A program made the position numbers and the translations under genes. A stretch of DNA of 64,000 nucleotides, taken from contig JAQOWU010000007.1 of NCBI GenBank assembly GCA_030867685.1, forward strand, positions 682,001 to 746,000, given 5' to 3'. The notes below the pieces were generated by a model that did not search any database, was not told the origin of the DNA, and saw only the letters and a list, made by a program, of their open reading frames with translations. Positions 43,512 through 54,576 of the stretch are shown here, one piece after another. Each line of letters begins with the position of its first letter. Position 1 is the first letter of the stretch. This DNA comes from Wickerhamiella versatilis (taxonomy: Eukaryota).

Positions 43512-44480
43512 TTAAAACATTATTGTAGCCATGAGGCATAGATGGTCGCTTGGATATCCACCACGAGGCAGAGAACCGCTGATATCTGAAGACGATGGCA
43601 AGGTCAGGAGCTCACGCACTGTAACACACCCGCCTTTGATCAAAATATAGTCCAAAGTAGCCTTGAAATCATCAGTCCAAGTTGTAAATTCGGGTACTGG
43701 ATCGTAAGCAGATATCATAGTAAGAGGCTTGGCTTCGAGGATTTGTGAAAGCGCCCGCTCCGGATCGGCGAGTTTTGACATTCGGGCATTTGCCTGCGGA
43801 GCACTGGTTGGCGAAATATCCAAGCCAAATCCCTTGGTATTAGCACTCCGCCGTAGTTCGTTTTTCGCAGACTCAGTTAGTTTCTTTCCCGTGGCGAGTA
43901 GGTAGGCAGCTGAGTCTGGAGTTGAGTTGAAATCGCCAGCAACTATTACCTCACTAAAGCCCTCTATGGCTTTTAGCAGACATAGCATTTGCCGTGCTCT
44001 CTCATAATCTGCATCCGGATGCCAGTACAAATGTGTTGTTGCGACTAAGAATGTGCCATGGTAATCTTCGAATTCAATCAGAGCTGCTAAATTTCCTGTC
44101 TCAACCTGCGAGATAGGTTCTGAGATATTGTCAAAGTCTAGATGCCACTTTTTTTTTGGGACAAACTTGTTTCGGAGCCATGCAATCAGGAGTCCGTGTC
44201 GCTTACCAGGTGTATGCTGAAACCACGCATCCATTCCCAGATTTTTCAAAACTCCTAGCCACCACTCCTTCAGGTATACATCCACCTCTTGAAAAACAGC
44301 GATGTCGGGACTATAAGCAGCAAGTTCCGGTCCAAACGCTTTAGAGCGAAAGCCCCATTTTATGCATTGACCATTGGTGGGATAGCGTTCACGCTTTGCC
44401 AGTGACTGTGCGAGAACATTATAGCTTAGAACCCTGATTATTCTGTTTTTCGCCTTGATATCCCTGATAGTCGCTTGCAT
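43512..44480 (-). CDS. NGL2: Ccr4/Ngl-family EEP RNase (Ngl2/3-like)
   Basis: ATG 44480; SYNVLAQSL, FQEVD, TTHLYWHP..ERARQ, AGDFNS, LDYI, PSDH. Confidence 0.8.
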   Translation of the reverse strand: MQATIRDIKAKNRIIRVLSYNVLAQSLAKRERYPTNGQCIKWGFRSKAFGPELAAYSPDIAVFQEVDVYLKEWWLGVLKNLGMDAWFQHTPGKRHGLLIAWLRNKFVPKKKWHLDFDNISEPISQVETGNLAALIEFEDYHGTFLVATTHLYWHPDADYERARQMLCLLKAIEGFSEVIVAGDFNSTPDSAAYLLATGKKLTESAKNELRRSANTKGFGLDISPTSAPQANARMSKLADPERALSQILEAKPLTMISAYDPVPEFTTWTDDFKATLDYILIKGGCVTVRELLTLPSSSDISGSLPRGGYPSDHLCLMATIMF

Positions 44481-44527
44481 CAATCGACAATGCCAAGAAT
44501 CCCTGTTACATAATTGTATATCTAGTT

Positions 44528-45163
44528 ATGTCGAAGGCAGATTTTTTGGAGGCCGCGCTGGCCTGTGATGCTCTTCGCTTCGGAAGCTATACCCTTAAAA
44601 GTGGAAGAAAAAGCCCGTATTTTTTCAATCTGGGAAGCTTTTGTTCCGGCACTGCGCTTTCCACCCTCGCCGAGGCTTATGCACGTACAATTCTTTCGTC
44701 GGGCATTAAATTCGATGTATTATTTGGCCCAGCTTACAAGGGTATCCCCCTTGCGGCTCTTGTGGTTGCAAAAATCGCAGAAATTGAACCATCAAAGGGT
44801 CACCTTCAATATTCTTTCAACCGGAAAGAAGCCAAGGATCACGGTGAGGGAGGCAATATTGTAGGTGCCCCTTTGAAGGGACGTCGGGTGCTTGTCATAG
44901 ACGATGTTATGACCGCCGGAACTGCAGTAACAGAGGCACAGGATATCATTACCTCTGCAGGCGGCACACTTATCGGAATTATCGTGGCCCTGGATCGACA
45001 GGAACGTATGACTGAAGAGCCAAAATCCACCGTTCAACTGGTTTCTGAGAAGTTTGGCATCAAGGTTTTTTCCATCATTAACCTTGATGATATCATCCAC
45101 TTTCTGAAGAACCCTGAGGAAGTTGAGGCTGTTAAAGCGTACAAAGCTCAATATGGTGCTTGA
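44528..45163 (+). CDS. URA5: Orotate phosphoribosyltransferase
   Basis: LKSGRKSPYFFN, FGPAYKGIP, NRKEAKDHGEGG, IDDVMTAGTA. Confidence 0.97.
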   Translation: MSKADFLEAALACDALRFGSYTLKSGRKSPYFFNLGSFCSGTALSTLAEAYARTILSSGIKFDVLFGPAYKGIPLAALVVAKIAEIEPSKGHLQYSFNRKEAKDHGEGGNIVGAPLKGRRVLVIDDVMTAGTAVTEAQDIITSAGGTLIGIIVALDRQERMTEEPKSTVQLVSEKFGIKVFSIINLDDIIHFLKNPEEVEAVKAYKAQYGA

Positions 45164-45387
45164 TGTATATAAATTAATGTGATTCTTTTTGCTGCCTACG
45201 CAACCACTAGTAGAGGGAAAGTAATAATCTCAGTGTTGCTTCAGGACAAATTTATATACTCAAGCTGTGGGATGAGAAAGAAGGGGATATCTCTATCTCG
45301 CCCCCTCATATGATAATTGACATTAGAAACTAGATGCTCTCTATAACTTATAAATATAAATGAGATAAAATGGGCTTGCTCACAAAC

Positions 45388-46197
45388 TTATTCAATCACA
45401 CGTACTAATGCCCAGGCCGCACCAGCTGCAAACCCACCGGTAAAGAGCATGCTAAAGCCATTGACCCAGCGCTGATGGTAGCTGACATCCGTGCCAAGGC
45501 TGGCAATAGTTTTAACCCACCCAAACAAAAACAAGGTCACGGCCATTAGGATGCATGATGCAATAAATCCGGTCTCAACAACATGCGCAAAGAAGTAGGG
45601 AATCAGAGGTACAAATCCACCAAAAAAGTAAGAAAGTCCGATAGTAAGGGCACTGGTAAATTCACGGTCGGTGGCGGGCTCCTCACAGCCCCGAACAACC
45701 TTCACCATGAAGTGGCTTAAAATATCATCGTTTCTCTCCAGATCCGCCACCATTACCTTGATGGTTTCCGTGGAAATTTTGTATTCGGAGAGGGCCTCAT
45801 GGATATCCTCAATGATACTCTCTGGGTTTTCCTCGTAGTTCTGACGCTCTCTCACCAATTGGCCCTCGAAGTACTCAGCCTCACTTTTTGCTGCCAAGAA
45901 ACCTCCGAGACCCATGGAAATCGCACCAGAGACCAGCTCGGCCATGCCACCCGTGATAACTAGCTTTGAATCACCCAATGATGATAGGCCTGCGGTCAAT
46001 GCAAACGGAACCGTGAGGCCATCACTGAGACCAATAATAACATCTGATACTACACGGGGATTGGACACACCCTCATACGACATCATGGATGAGAAGGAGC
46101 TACTATTATCATCCGTAGCGTTGTAGCCATCAGGCGAGGACCTTGGAAGTAGGGGCTTATTTTCACCAAACAAGAGCTTTTTCAGAGTAACAATCAT
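45388..46197 (-). CDS. CCC1: Vacuolar Fe/Mn transporter (VIT1/Ccc1)
   Basis: SDVIIGLSDGLTVPFALTAGLS, ELVSGAISMGLGG, YFFGGFVPLIPY. Confidence 0.95.
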   Translation of the reverse strand: MIVTLKKLLFGENKPLLPRSSPDGYNATDDNSSSFSSMMSYEGVSNPRVVSDVIIGLSDGLTVPFALTAGLSSLGDSKLVITGGMAELVSGAISMGLGGFLAAKSEAEYFEGQLVRERQNYEENPESIIEDIHEALSEYKISTETIKVMVADLERNDDILSHFMVKVVRGCEEPATDREFTSALTIGLSYFFGGFVPLIPYFFAHVVETGFIASCILMAVTLFLFGWVKTIASLGTDVSYHQRWVNGFSMLFTGGFAAGAAWALVRVIE

Positions 46198-46654
46198 AAT
46201 TAGAATTGGCTAGGCTCCTGTGAATATAATAAGGTAGAGGTCAGAGAATTTGGCTCAAGCTTCCAATTCGATAGCGACGTTACACTTATTTTTTATTTCT
46301 TACTTTTCTCTACATATAATATAACCCCACTAGTTACAAGGGTTAGGGTGTACTTAAAACGTCAGATATACATAATGTCCCATTGGGCAATCAAATTAGT
46401 GGCTCATCATTGGTCCATAGGGGGTCTAGGCTGACCTCCCGCTTAACATTCTGATTTGGCGGTAAACTTGCCTGAATTGGTATCAGCATTACGGTTTATA
46501 GCAGTTTATGCATTCAAAACGGGCTATGAATACTTGAATCCAATCTCAGAATACCTCATTAAACTCAGTTTCGCCTTATAGAGCTCTAGCTTTTGATAAT
46601 AGGGTTATGCAACATGGGTTTCGCTAATTTTATTTTATTCAATCGCTCAGTCCG

Positions 46655-47500
46655 TCAGTCATGCTTAGTATTATATTTCCTTTCGCAAACAGGTAGGAAC
46701 CCCAACTTCCATACATAGCGAAATTCGTGCTCAACACCCATGACAAACATATGAAGGTATTCTAGGTACTGCATGTAGCTGTATACACCAAGACACGTGA
46801 AAATATGCCATGCGGCATGCATCTCTAAAAAGAAACCATATGGCATACCAATAGCATGCCTGATACTGCGGTAGAACTGGCAGAAATGGACGTCCGTATT
46901 CCATAGAAACCATCCAAACAGGAATTCACCCACCCCAAGTGCCAAGGTATACCGAAGATTGCGCTTAGCCACGGGATCGCGGACAAATTGGTTCGTTTGA
47001 AGAACACTTTTGACAATGATGAACACATTTAGGAGGCCGTATGCAGCCTGGTGTAAAGTTGGATCTTTTTGCCATAGGTAGATAGCGGTTAGGAGGAGAG
47101 CACCTGCGGCGATCGACAAACCTATCAGTGTAGAACCACTGCGGGAGCGGTCATAGGAAAACATGCTCCAAAGGGGTATACATGTCGCATATATCATCGG
47201 AAGCTCGTCCAATAATTGAAACTCATACCACAGTGTCATGTGAAACAGCCAGGAGCCAATTCCTACCAAAATGAAACCACAGCCGGCAATAACGAACCGC
47301 TTTTCAAACTGGTATCGAATTGCGTTACGCAAGGCGTAGCCAGCCAGAAGGACGAATGTAAAATTCGTTGCCGTGTTCATTGCTTCGGCCACATACGGTG
47401 TCACAACGTAATTCTCCTCACACCAATCAATAGTAGATGTGACTGGTCCCCAAAAGCCCTCTCGAGCATCATCGGGATATGGAACGGCCCAAGGAAACAT
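46655..47500 (-). CDS. YPC1: Alkaline ceramidase (Ypc1/Ydc1 family)
   Basis: ATG 47500; WGPVTSTIDWCEENY, GSWLFHMTL, QLLDELPM, HAAWH. Confidence 0.93.
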   Translation of the reverse strand: MFPWAVPYPDDAREGFWGPVTSTIDWCEENYVVTPYVAEAMNTATNFTFVLLAGYALRNAIRYQFEKRFVIAGCGFILVGIGSWLFHMTLWYEFQLLDELPMIYATCIPLWSMFSYDRSRSGSTLIGLSIAAGALLLTAIYLWQKDPTLHQAAYGLLNVFIIVKSVLQTNQFVRDPVAKRNLRYTLALGVGEFLFGWFLWNTDVHFCQFYRSIRHAIGMPYGFFLEMHAAWHIFTCLGVYSYMQYLEYLHMFVMGVEHEFRYVWKLGFLPVCERKYNTKHD

Positions 47501-47923
47501 GCTGTCGTATGCTGACAACCTTCTTTGTCATCGGACCTCCGACTTATCTACGTGTGTGCAGCCATGGGGTCAGAGAAGCAGGTACAAATATAAGTGTGAA
47601 AGCTACAGTTCAATAATCATTGGCGTTGTACCTACGTTTGTGAATAGAATCTAGAGAGACACTTAGGGAAAAAGAAAGAAATATCAGGAGAGCAAGGGCG
47701 TTTTGCGGGTTGACTACGATTCACATGCTCAAATGCGAGATTTTTTTCGGGAGAGACGATTCAATGTCTATGCCAGAATGGAATCATGAAGTAAAACCTC
47801 CATTTCCTTGAGTTATATGTTGAGACCGGTTAGCACAGTATCCTTGGAATATGGGTTAGGGCTGGTTCAGTTTGTAAACAAAACCATACGCGCGTTCCCA
47901 CCACAAATCCACTTTTCACCAGA

Positions 47924-49288
47924 ATGAGAGAGATAATCCACATCTCTGCTGGCCAGTGCGGTAACCAAATTGGAAATAAATTTTGGCAAACAATCAGTGA
48001 GGAGCATGGTATTGATATGAAAGGTCGGCCCACACGCCAGCATGACCTGAAACAGGAGAAGCTGGATGTTTACTATCAGGAAACAGGCAAGCGGTACGTG
48101 CCACGTGCTGTTTTGGTTGACTTGGAGCCAGGTACCTTGGATGGTATCCGGGCTGGGCCATGTGGTGATCTGTTCCGCCCTGACAATTTTGTGAATTCCT
48201 TGAGCTCAGCAGGAAACAATTGGGCCAAGGGCCATTACACAGATGGTGCCGAACTGGTTGATCAGGTTCTTGAGGTTGTTCGACGTGAGGCTGAAGTCTG
48301 TGAAAGCCTTCAGGGGTTTCAGATGACCCACTCCCTTGGTGGTGGAACAGGATCTGGCTTGGGTACGTTATTGGCGGAACGAATTCACGACGAGTATTCC
48401 GATCGCATGTTTGCAACATATAGTGTAGCGCCATCGTCCGATTCCGATGCTGTGGTGGAACCGTATAATTCAATTTTGGCCTTGAACCAATTAGCGGACA
48501 ACACCAATGAGAACTTCTGCTTCGACAACCAGTCACTATACAACATCTACCAGAAAGTGCTCAAGGTTCCTCACCCCAAGTATGATGACCTGAACTCGCT
48601 TGTGGCCACCGTAATGTCTGGCGTGACTACCTCATTGCGCTATCCGTCTCAACTTAATAGTGACCTGCGTAAACTTGCTGTCAACCTTGTTCCATTTACC
48701 CGACTCCACTTCTTCAGCGTCTCCTATGCACCACTGACCTCCCGAGGATCCCGTAAGTTCTCCTCCACATCGGTTCCTGAAATCACCCAGCAGCTCTTTG
48801 ATGGCCGTAACGTGATGGCAGGTGCGGACCCGCGAAGTGGGAAATACATTGCATGCGCAGCCTTTTTCCGAGGAAAAGCATCAATCAAGGAAGTTGAGGA
48901 GCAAATGAGCCACTATAGACTTAAATACCGCGATACCTTTGTCCCCTTCATTGAGGACAGCGTCCAGACATCCTTGACCTCGGCTCCGCCAAAAGATACC
49001 GACCTTTGTGCCACGCTTGTGGCAAACACCTCAGCCATTACAAGACTATTTGAGCGAGTGGATGTGCAGTTTAACAAGATGTTCCGTCGTCGTGCTTTCC
49101 TCCACTGGTACACGGCTGAGGGAATGGAGGAAACTGAGTTCACCGAGGCCGAGGCCAATGTTCGTGATGTAATGCAGGAGTATGCCCAATACCAAGAGGA
49201 TACTGGCATTGAGGATGAGCCACAAGAAGTAATCGATGAGGGCGAGATCATGTATGGCGACGAACAGTCAATGATGGTCGAGGCATGA
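47924..49288 (+). CDS. TUB2: Beta-tubulin (highly divergent, intronless)
   Basis: MREI start, [46 protein letters not shown]. Confidence 0.93.
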   Translation: MREIIHISAGQCGNQIGNKFWQTISEEHGIDMKGRPTRQHDLKQEKLDVYYQETGKRYVPRAVLVDLEPGTLDGIRAGPCGDLFRPDNFVNSLSSAGNNWAKGHYTDGAELVDQVLEVVRREAEVCESLQGFQMTHSLGGGTGSGLGTLLAERIHDEYSDRMFATYSVAPSSDSDAVVEPYNSILALNQLADNTNENFCFDNQSLYNIYQKVLKVPHPKYDDLNSLVATVMSGVTTSLRYPSQLNSDLRKLAVNLVPFTRLHFFSVSYAPLTSRGSRKFSSTSVPEITQQLFDGRNVMAGADPRSGKYIACAAFFRGKASIKEVEEQMSHYRLKYRDTFVPFIEDSVQTSLTSAPPKDTDLCATLVANTSAITRLFERVDVQFNKMFRRRAFLHWYTAEGMEETEFTEAEANVRDVMQEYAQYQEDTGIEDEPQEVIDEGEIMYGDEQSMMVEA

Positions 49289-49314
49289 GCCTAATTTTAT
49301 GTATAAGTTATAAG

Positions 49315-51066
49315 CTAATTGTTTTTCACGCGACATATTTCCACCCTGACTCCGAGTTCGAGGAGAAATTGAAGCCAGCAGCGCTGATTGTCACTCAGCG
49401 TATCTTTCGTCGACTTAACCTCGACAAAACTCACTTCTTTATGATTCCATAACGTAAGGTCAGGAAATCCAGACTGATAAAGACGATAATTTGATCGAAG
49501 ATGTTCGAGCACAGGCCCTAGAAAGCTATCGAGGCCTGTGATTATTGATCGCAATGCGGTTTCAGGAATATCCCAGTTAATCCCAATAATTTGAGGGAAA
49601 CCATCTTTACTCAGGGCCTCACGATTTTCAATTATGATCTGTGCTAAACGCGAATTGTTAAGGCGTTCCTTGACACGAATATCGTTGATTGAGTCTTGGA
49701 TGCTTAAAGGGGCCGACTGAAAACGGCATCGAAACTGAGAAACCTGTGAAAAAATGAGATCCGACACCGACAGCCAGAATAATGTGTGAATAGAACTATT
49801 TTCAAGATGCATACCTTCCCACGAGTCCCTGGAATAATGCTCAAGTGCGGCTTCCTCCACGGTACAGTGGTCAATTCCCCATTTAGTTCTCGACTTGGTA
49901 CTGGACGATTGGAGATCTGCGCGGATCTCACATTCATGAACAGAAAACTTTTTCGATGCCTGCAGTAATGGTGGAGCACTCACATTCGCCAATTTCAGCT
50001 CCCTCCACAGCTTTGTCCCTTTACGCTCCAAATCAATACGTTCAATTTCACTGACAACAATCTCAGCCTCATAGTAACTGTTTAACGATCTATGAAGCCA
50101 GCTAGGACTCTTTGTTTCCTTCCATAATCGGATCTCTAGCAGGATTTTGCGAATGATTGCCTCTCCAAGTTTTGAACGATGGGCTGTTTGGTTAATATAT
50201 ATATCCAGCCAATCATACTCTGCTTGAAAATCATGCATCTTAGCCAGAATTTGACTTATTTTGAATGCAGCACGCCCGTATGTTCTCGCAGCAAGGCCAG
50301 TGGTTGACAACAAGCCCTCTCTTACCATGTCGAGCACCTCACTGTCGACAGAATTTGCATCCTCAAGTGGGAAACAAATCTGATGTGCCAGAAACCAAGA
50401 TTCGAATGCATCCCGGTCAGCAAAAATGGGGGCATCTTTTTGAGGTATATAGTTATATTCAGGAAACCGTAATAAACCCATGTTTGCTCGCACCATCACA
50501 TCTATACCAACACCACCTGCAGGATATAAAAACATAGACTCTAATCTTTTGAAGAGTTCCAAAATCCAACCGCTGAGAACCACAGGATGGCCTCCGCCTA
50601 TTTCCAGCTCGAGGCGGGCCTGAATCTTCGGCTCAAAAGGGCCCCCAAACCACCGCTTTTGCTTTACAAGGGACTTGATACTATTAACTATAACTGATCT
50701 GCCAGCCAATCGTTGTCGAATTCCGAAATGTTGAGCTACATTCGTCAGTTCTTTCACCGAGGCAACAGCGCAGAGCTCCTCAACGGATCTGCCTTGCTCA
50801 ATCGCTTTGGCAGCAGCTAATTCTGTTAGCACCTCTTCAAGTATCTCTGGTGAAAGATAGTTAAGCAATTCTGACCGACGGACCCATCTTACTTGGCGAC
50901 AGTATAATCTTGTCAGAAGATATCGGGCTTCCAAGGATAAGAGCTGATAAATTCTTATACTATTTTTCTCGCAGAGATTATGGTCGATTTCATTCAATAT
51001 CTCGTCAAATATACGGACATAGGCATCATTGTCGAGGATCTTCCAATACTCAGGCTTCGGACCCAT
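49315..51066 (-). CDS. FAN1: FAN1-like structure-specific nuclease (VRR-NUC)
   Basis: [10 protein letters not shown] near N-terminus, [24 protein letters not shown]-terminal [23 protein letters not shown]. Confidence 0.88.
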   Translation of the reverse strand: MGPKPEYWKILDNDAYVRIFDEILNEIDHNLCEKNSIRIYQLLSLEARYLLTRLYCRQVRWVRRSELLNYLSPEILEEVLTELAAAKAIEQGRSVEELCAVASVKELTNVAQHFGIRQRLAGRSVIVNSIKSLVKQKRWFGGPFEPKIQARLELEIGGGHPVVLSGWILELFKRLESMFLYPAGGVGIDVMVRANMGLLRFPEYNYIPQKDAPIFADRDAFESWFLAHQICFPLEDANSVDSEVLDMVREGLLSTTGLAARTYGRAAFKISQILAKMHDFQAEYDWLDIYINQTAHRSKLGEAIIRKILLEIRLWKETKSPSWLHRSLNSYYEAEIVVSEIERIDLERKGTKLWRELKLANVSAPPLLQASKKFSVHECEIRADLQSSSTKSRTKWGIDHCTVEEAALEHYSRDSWEGMHLENSSIHTLFWLSVSDLIFSQVSQFRCRFQSAPLSIQDSINDIRVKERLNNSRLAQIIIENREALSKDGFPQIIGINWDIPETALRSIITGLDSFLGPVLEHLRSNYRLYQSGFPDLTLWNHKEVSFVEVKSTKDTLSDNQRCWLQFLLELGVRVEICRVKNN

Positions 51067-51085
51067 CCATAGTCATCAACGAAGG

Positions 51086-51931
51086 ATGGGAAAAAGCAGT
51101 AAGGATAAGCGTGATATCTATTATCGCAAGGCAAAGGAAGAGGGATGGCGTGCTAGATCCGCATTCAAACTGCTGCAGCTTGATGAAGAGTTCCGTTTTC
51201 TTGACTCCTTTGAACGTGTGGTAGATCTTTGTGCAGCACCCGGATCATGGTCTCAGGTACTAGCCAGGGCAACTCAGGGCCGCCAGCGGCAAATAGTGAG
51301 TGTAGACCTTCAACCAATAGCTCCCATTGATGATGTGGTAGCCATTCAAGCAGATATTACCCACCCAGCAACGATTCAGCAAATTTTACATGAGTTCCAC
51401 GGTGAAAAAGCGGATCTTGTGGTTAGTGACGGTGCTCCTGATGTTACGGGATTGCATGATTTGGATGAATACGTGCAAGCACAGTTGGTATATGCTGCAC
51501 TTCAGCTGGCCACGGCTGTTCTGAAGCCAGGCGGCATGTTCATAGCCAAGATTTTTCGTGGCAGGGATATTGATTTAATGTATGCCCAGTTAGGGCGTCT
51601 ATTTAAGCGTGTAACATGCGCAAAGCCTCGTTCGTCAAGAGCCTCGTCACTTGAAGCATTTATTGTTTGTGAAGACTATGTGCCGCGGGATGGGTGGGAC
51701 CCGATAAAGCAAGTGGAGGAATCGACACACGATTACTTCAAAAATATGAATCTTCCAGTGGAAGAACGTGTTGTGGCTCCGTTTTTGGCATGTGGAGACT
51801 TGAGTGCCTACGATAGCGATGCCACTTACCCAGCCCCTGTTGGTGAGTCGCTCGATCCTGTCAGAAGTCCAATATCACCTCCATATAAACATGCATTAGA
51901 GCTCAAACGACATGGCCTCATCAGTAAATAA
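51086..51931 (+). CDS. TRM7: tRNA 2'-O-methyltransferase Trm7 (FtsJ)
   Basis: Starts [29 protein letters not shown] at ATG 51086; [23 protein letters not shown]. Confidence 0.97.
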   Translation: MGKSSKDKRDIYYRKAKEEGWRARSAFKLLQLDEEFRFLDSFERVVDLCAAPGSWSQVLARATQGRQRQIVSVDLQPIAPIDDVVAIQADITHPATIQQILHEFHGEKADLVVSDGAPDVTGLHDLDEYVQAQLVYAALQLATAVLKPGGMFIAKIFRGRDIDLMYAQLGRLFKRVTCAKPRSSRASSLEAFIVCEDYVPRDGWDPIKQVEESTHDYFKNMNLPVEERVVAPFLACGDLSAYDSDATYPAPVGESLDPVRSPISPPYKHALELKRHGLISK

Positions 51932-52044
51932 TAATTAGACAGTTGTCGTATTGAGGGCATATACTAATTCAGTATATCTATTATTGAGAATAGTTACTAT
52001 TTAGAAAAACCTCACATGAAATAACCTACGTGCGTGAGGATAGA

Positions 52045-53760
52045 TCAATTTATTTCTGGCTTCATCGCAGGGAACAAAAGCACCTCCTTGATGGTGTTAG
52101 AGTCAGTCAAGAACATAGTGAGTCGGTCAATACCAGAGCCCCAGCCAGCAGTGGGTGGGAGACCGTACTCGAGAGACTGGCAGAACGTTTCATCGATCAG
52201 TTGTGCTTCATCGTCACCCTGATCCTTTTGACGGGCCTGCTCCTCGAACCTTTGACGCTGGTCAAAAGGATCGTTCAACTCGGTATAAGCATTGACAATC
52301 TCCTTGGTACCGACAAATACCTCAAACCGCTCGCTCAAACCGGTGATACTGCGGTGATACTTGGCCAAAGGCGACATGACCTCGGGGTGACCGAATACGA
52401 AAGTAGGGTTGAAGCAATAGTCTTCAATGTAGTCGCCAATGAGTTTGTCCAGCATACGGGGGTTAGTGAGAGGCGGGGAGCAGTCAAGTCCGAGCTTCTT
52501 GAGTAGATCCTGAAGGAACTGATTGGTCTCCTTGGTGTGGAGCTCATGTGCAGGAGGGAACTTCACGCCCAATTTCTCTTCAAGTGTTGTAATGACATCC
52601 ACACGCTTCCAGGGGCGCGAAAAGTCAAGCTCCCACACCTTCTCAGTACCAGGACCATCTGGATGGTATGGAATCTTGTAGGAGCCACAGATCTCCTTGA
52701 CCATCTCGGAAATCATCAACTCGGTGGTGTCCATGAGGTCGTAGACATCGGCAAAGGCCTCGTAAAACTCACAGGTAGTGAACTCTGGGTTGTGTGTCAT
52801 GTCAATACCTTCATTACGGAATTGACGGCCAATCTCATATACACGGTTCAAGCCACCGACCACAAGTTCCTTCAAATAAAGCTCAGGAGCAATACGCATA
52901 AACAGATCCATGTTCAGATCATTGTGGTGGGTTACAAATGGTTTCGCAGTTGCACCTCCGGCGATTTGATTCATCATCGGAGTTTCAACTTCAATGAATC
53001 CACGCTCATCCAGGAAACGACGCATGAAAGAGATAATCTTGGACCTGACAACAAAACGGTCACGGGATTGACGGTTCATAACAAGATCCAAAAATCTCAT
53101 ACGGTATCGCTGCTCCTGATCCTTGAAACCAAAGTGTTCGGTTGGCAGCATATGCAAGCAAGGCGTCAACAACTCTACGTGCTCAACGAACAGAGAAAGT
53201 TCACCATCACCACCACGCTTAGGTGTGGTACGGAAGGGATATCCAGAGACACCAATGATATCACCACGACGAATAAGGTCATGAACGGGATCGATGTTGG
53301 CGCCATCAATTCCTTGGGCGACAACCTGCACCTGCTCACCGTCACCACTGAGCACGTAGAATTTCAGATTTGCTCCTGATTCACGCTTGGCAAACACACG
53401 TCCAGCAAAAGCCACCTTGTCCTCTTTCAACTGTTCACCACGCTTCAAGTGAGAAAACTTAGCCACAAACGCAGGAACCGACATCGTGGTCTGGAACTTG
53501 TGGGGATAAGGATTGGGAGATTTCGACTTTCGCAGTTCTGAAATTTGATTAGAGCGAATAGCGAAATATTCGTTCGGCGTTAGATTGTCTTCACGCTTCG
53601 ACCCACTCTTGGCAGGGGGTGCAGCAGCAGCTTTCTCAGCCCTCTTTTTTTCAAGCTCACGCTGCTTGGAACGCTTCTTGAGCTCGGTCTTAGAAACCAT
53701 TTCGCCCGAAGGCTCATCCAAATACAGCTTTTTTGTTGCGTCCGCTAGCTGATCAGCCAT
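52045..53760 (-). CDS. KRS1: Cytosolic lysyl-tRNA synthetase
   Basis: [52 protein letters not shown]. Confidence 0.97.
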   Translation of the reverse strand: MADQLADATKKLYLDEPSGEMVSKTELKKRSKQRELEKKRAEKAAAAPPAKSGSKREDNLTPNEYFAIRSNQISELRKSKSPNPYPHKFQTTMSVPAFVAKFSHLKRGEQLKEDKVAFAGRVFAKRESGANLKFYVLSGDGEQVQVVAQGIDGANIDPVHDLIRRGDIIGVSGYPFRTTPKRGGDGELSLFVEHVELLTPCLHMLPTEHFGFKDQEQRYRMRFLDLVMNRQSRDRFVVRSKIISFMRRFLDERGFIEVETPMMNQIAGGATAKPFVTHHNDLNMDLFMRIAPELYLKELVVGGLNRVYEIGRQFRNEGIDMTHNPEFTTCEFYEAFADVYDLMDTTELMISEMVKEICGSYKIPYHPDGPGTEKVWELDFSRPWKRVDVITTLEEKLGVKFPPAHELHTKETNQFLQDLLKKLGLDCSPPLTNPRMLDKLIGDYIEDYCFNPTFVFGHPEVMSPLAKYHRSITGLSERFEVFVGTKEIVNAYTELNDPFDQRQRFEEQARQKDQGDDEAQLIDETFCQSLEYGLPPTAGWGSGIDRLTMFLTDSNTIKEVLLFPAMKPEIN

Positions 53761-53933
53761 TTTGTCAAAAAAGTGAGGGTTTTTGTCTTGCTTACGTTAA
53801 ATGTTCTAGCTAGAGTCATTGTTGGAGCCGGCAAGAGATAAGCTTAATATATGATATATACCTTTTCTGCTGTCATTAAAATAAATAAATAATCTGTCCC
53901 ACGAATTTGTAGCCTGTTCATCAACTCATTAGC

Positions 53934-54527
53934 TTAAGTTGACAGCAATGACGAGATAAATTTCACAGCATCTGCAATGGCTCTTCTCTTCGCCAGTTTA
54001 GCCTCACATTGCTTCGAAGCGTCACTAAGATTTTCATGAGTCTTGATACTAATGTTTAAAAGTCGTTCCGTGTCCTCAACTTGCTGAAGAAGATGACTCT
54101 CCTCCTGCTTCAGTAGTGTGAGCTCGGCCACTTTAATATCTCGGGCTAGTTTTGACTGCGAATTTGCCCTCTTACGCTTTAAATCTGCAATTTCAGACTC
54201 AATGCGCATACAGTCCTCATTGATCAAGCGCTCCGCATTGGGATCTGGGGGCGGTGTCATTGTCTGCTGTGCCTCAATTTTCTGCAGTTCAGCCTCTGCA
54301 GCTGCAATATCTTCTCCAACAATCGCCGTTGCAACCTCATAGGTCTCTTCAGCAATATCAGAAGCTTCACTACGAAGTATGGAATCATCGAAATTTCTAA
54401 CACCGATGGAGGTTAGACGGGAGGCCACTTCATGATACAAATCTCGCTCGGCACGAAGAAGAGCATACCATGCTAGTGTATCTTCGAATTCACGACGCGA
54501 CGACTTAGGCTCTGCCCGGTCACTCAT
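53934..54527 (-). CDS. Hypothetical coiled-coil protein
   Basis: ATG 54527; 197 aa, helical/heptad composition, fills the space between KRS1 and eIF3h; no family recognised. Confidence 0.65.
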   Translation of the reverse strand: MSDRAEPKSSRREFEDTLAWYALLRAERDLYHEVASRLTSIGVRNFDDSILRSEASDIAEETYEVATAIVGEDIAAAEAELQKIEAQQTMTPPPDPNAERLINEDCMRIESEIADLKRKRANSQSKLARDIKVAELTLLKQEESHLLQQVEDTERLLNISIKTHENLSDASKQCEAKLAKRRAIADAVKFISSLLST

Positions 54528-54576
54528 CAATACCTGAGTACGTAAGCCAACTGATACTTTTTTCGAAATTTGAAAA

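Noticed and set aside
52537-53379. 280-aa antisense ORF over KRS1, and similar shadow ORFs over ACT1, LSC2, PMC1 and TUB2
   Set aside because: Antisense frames stay open because of codon bias in highly expressed genes; no recognisable protein features
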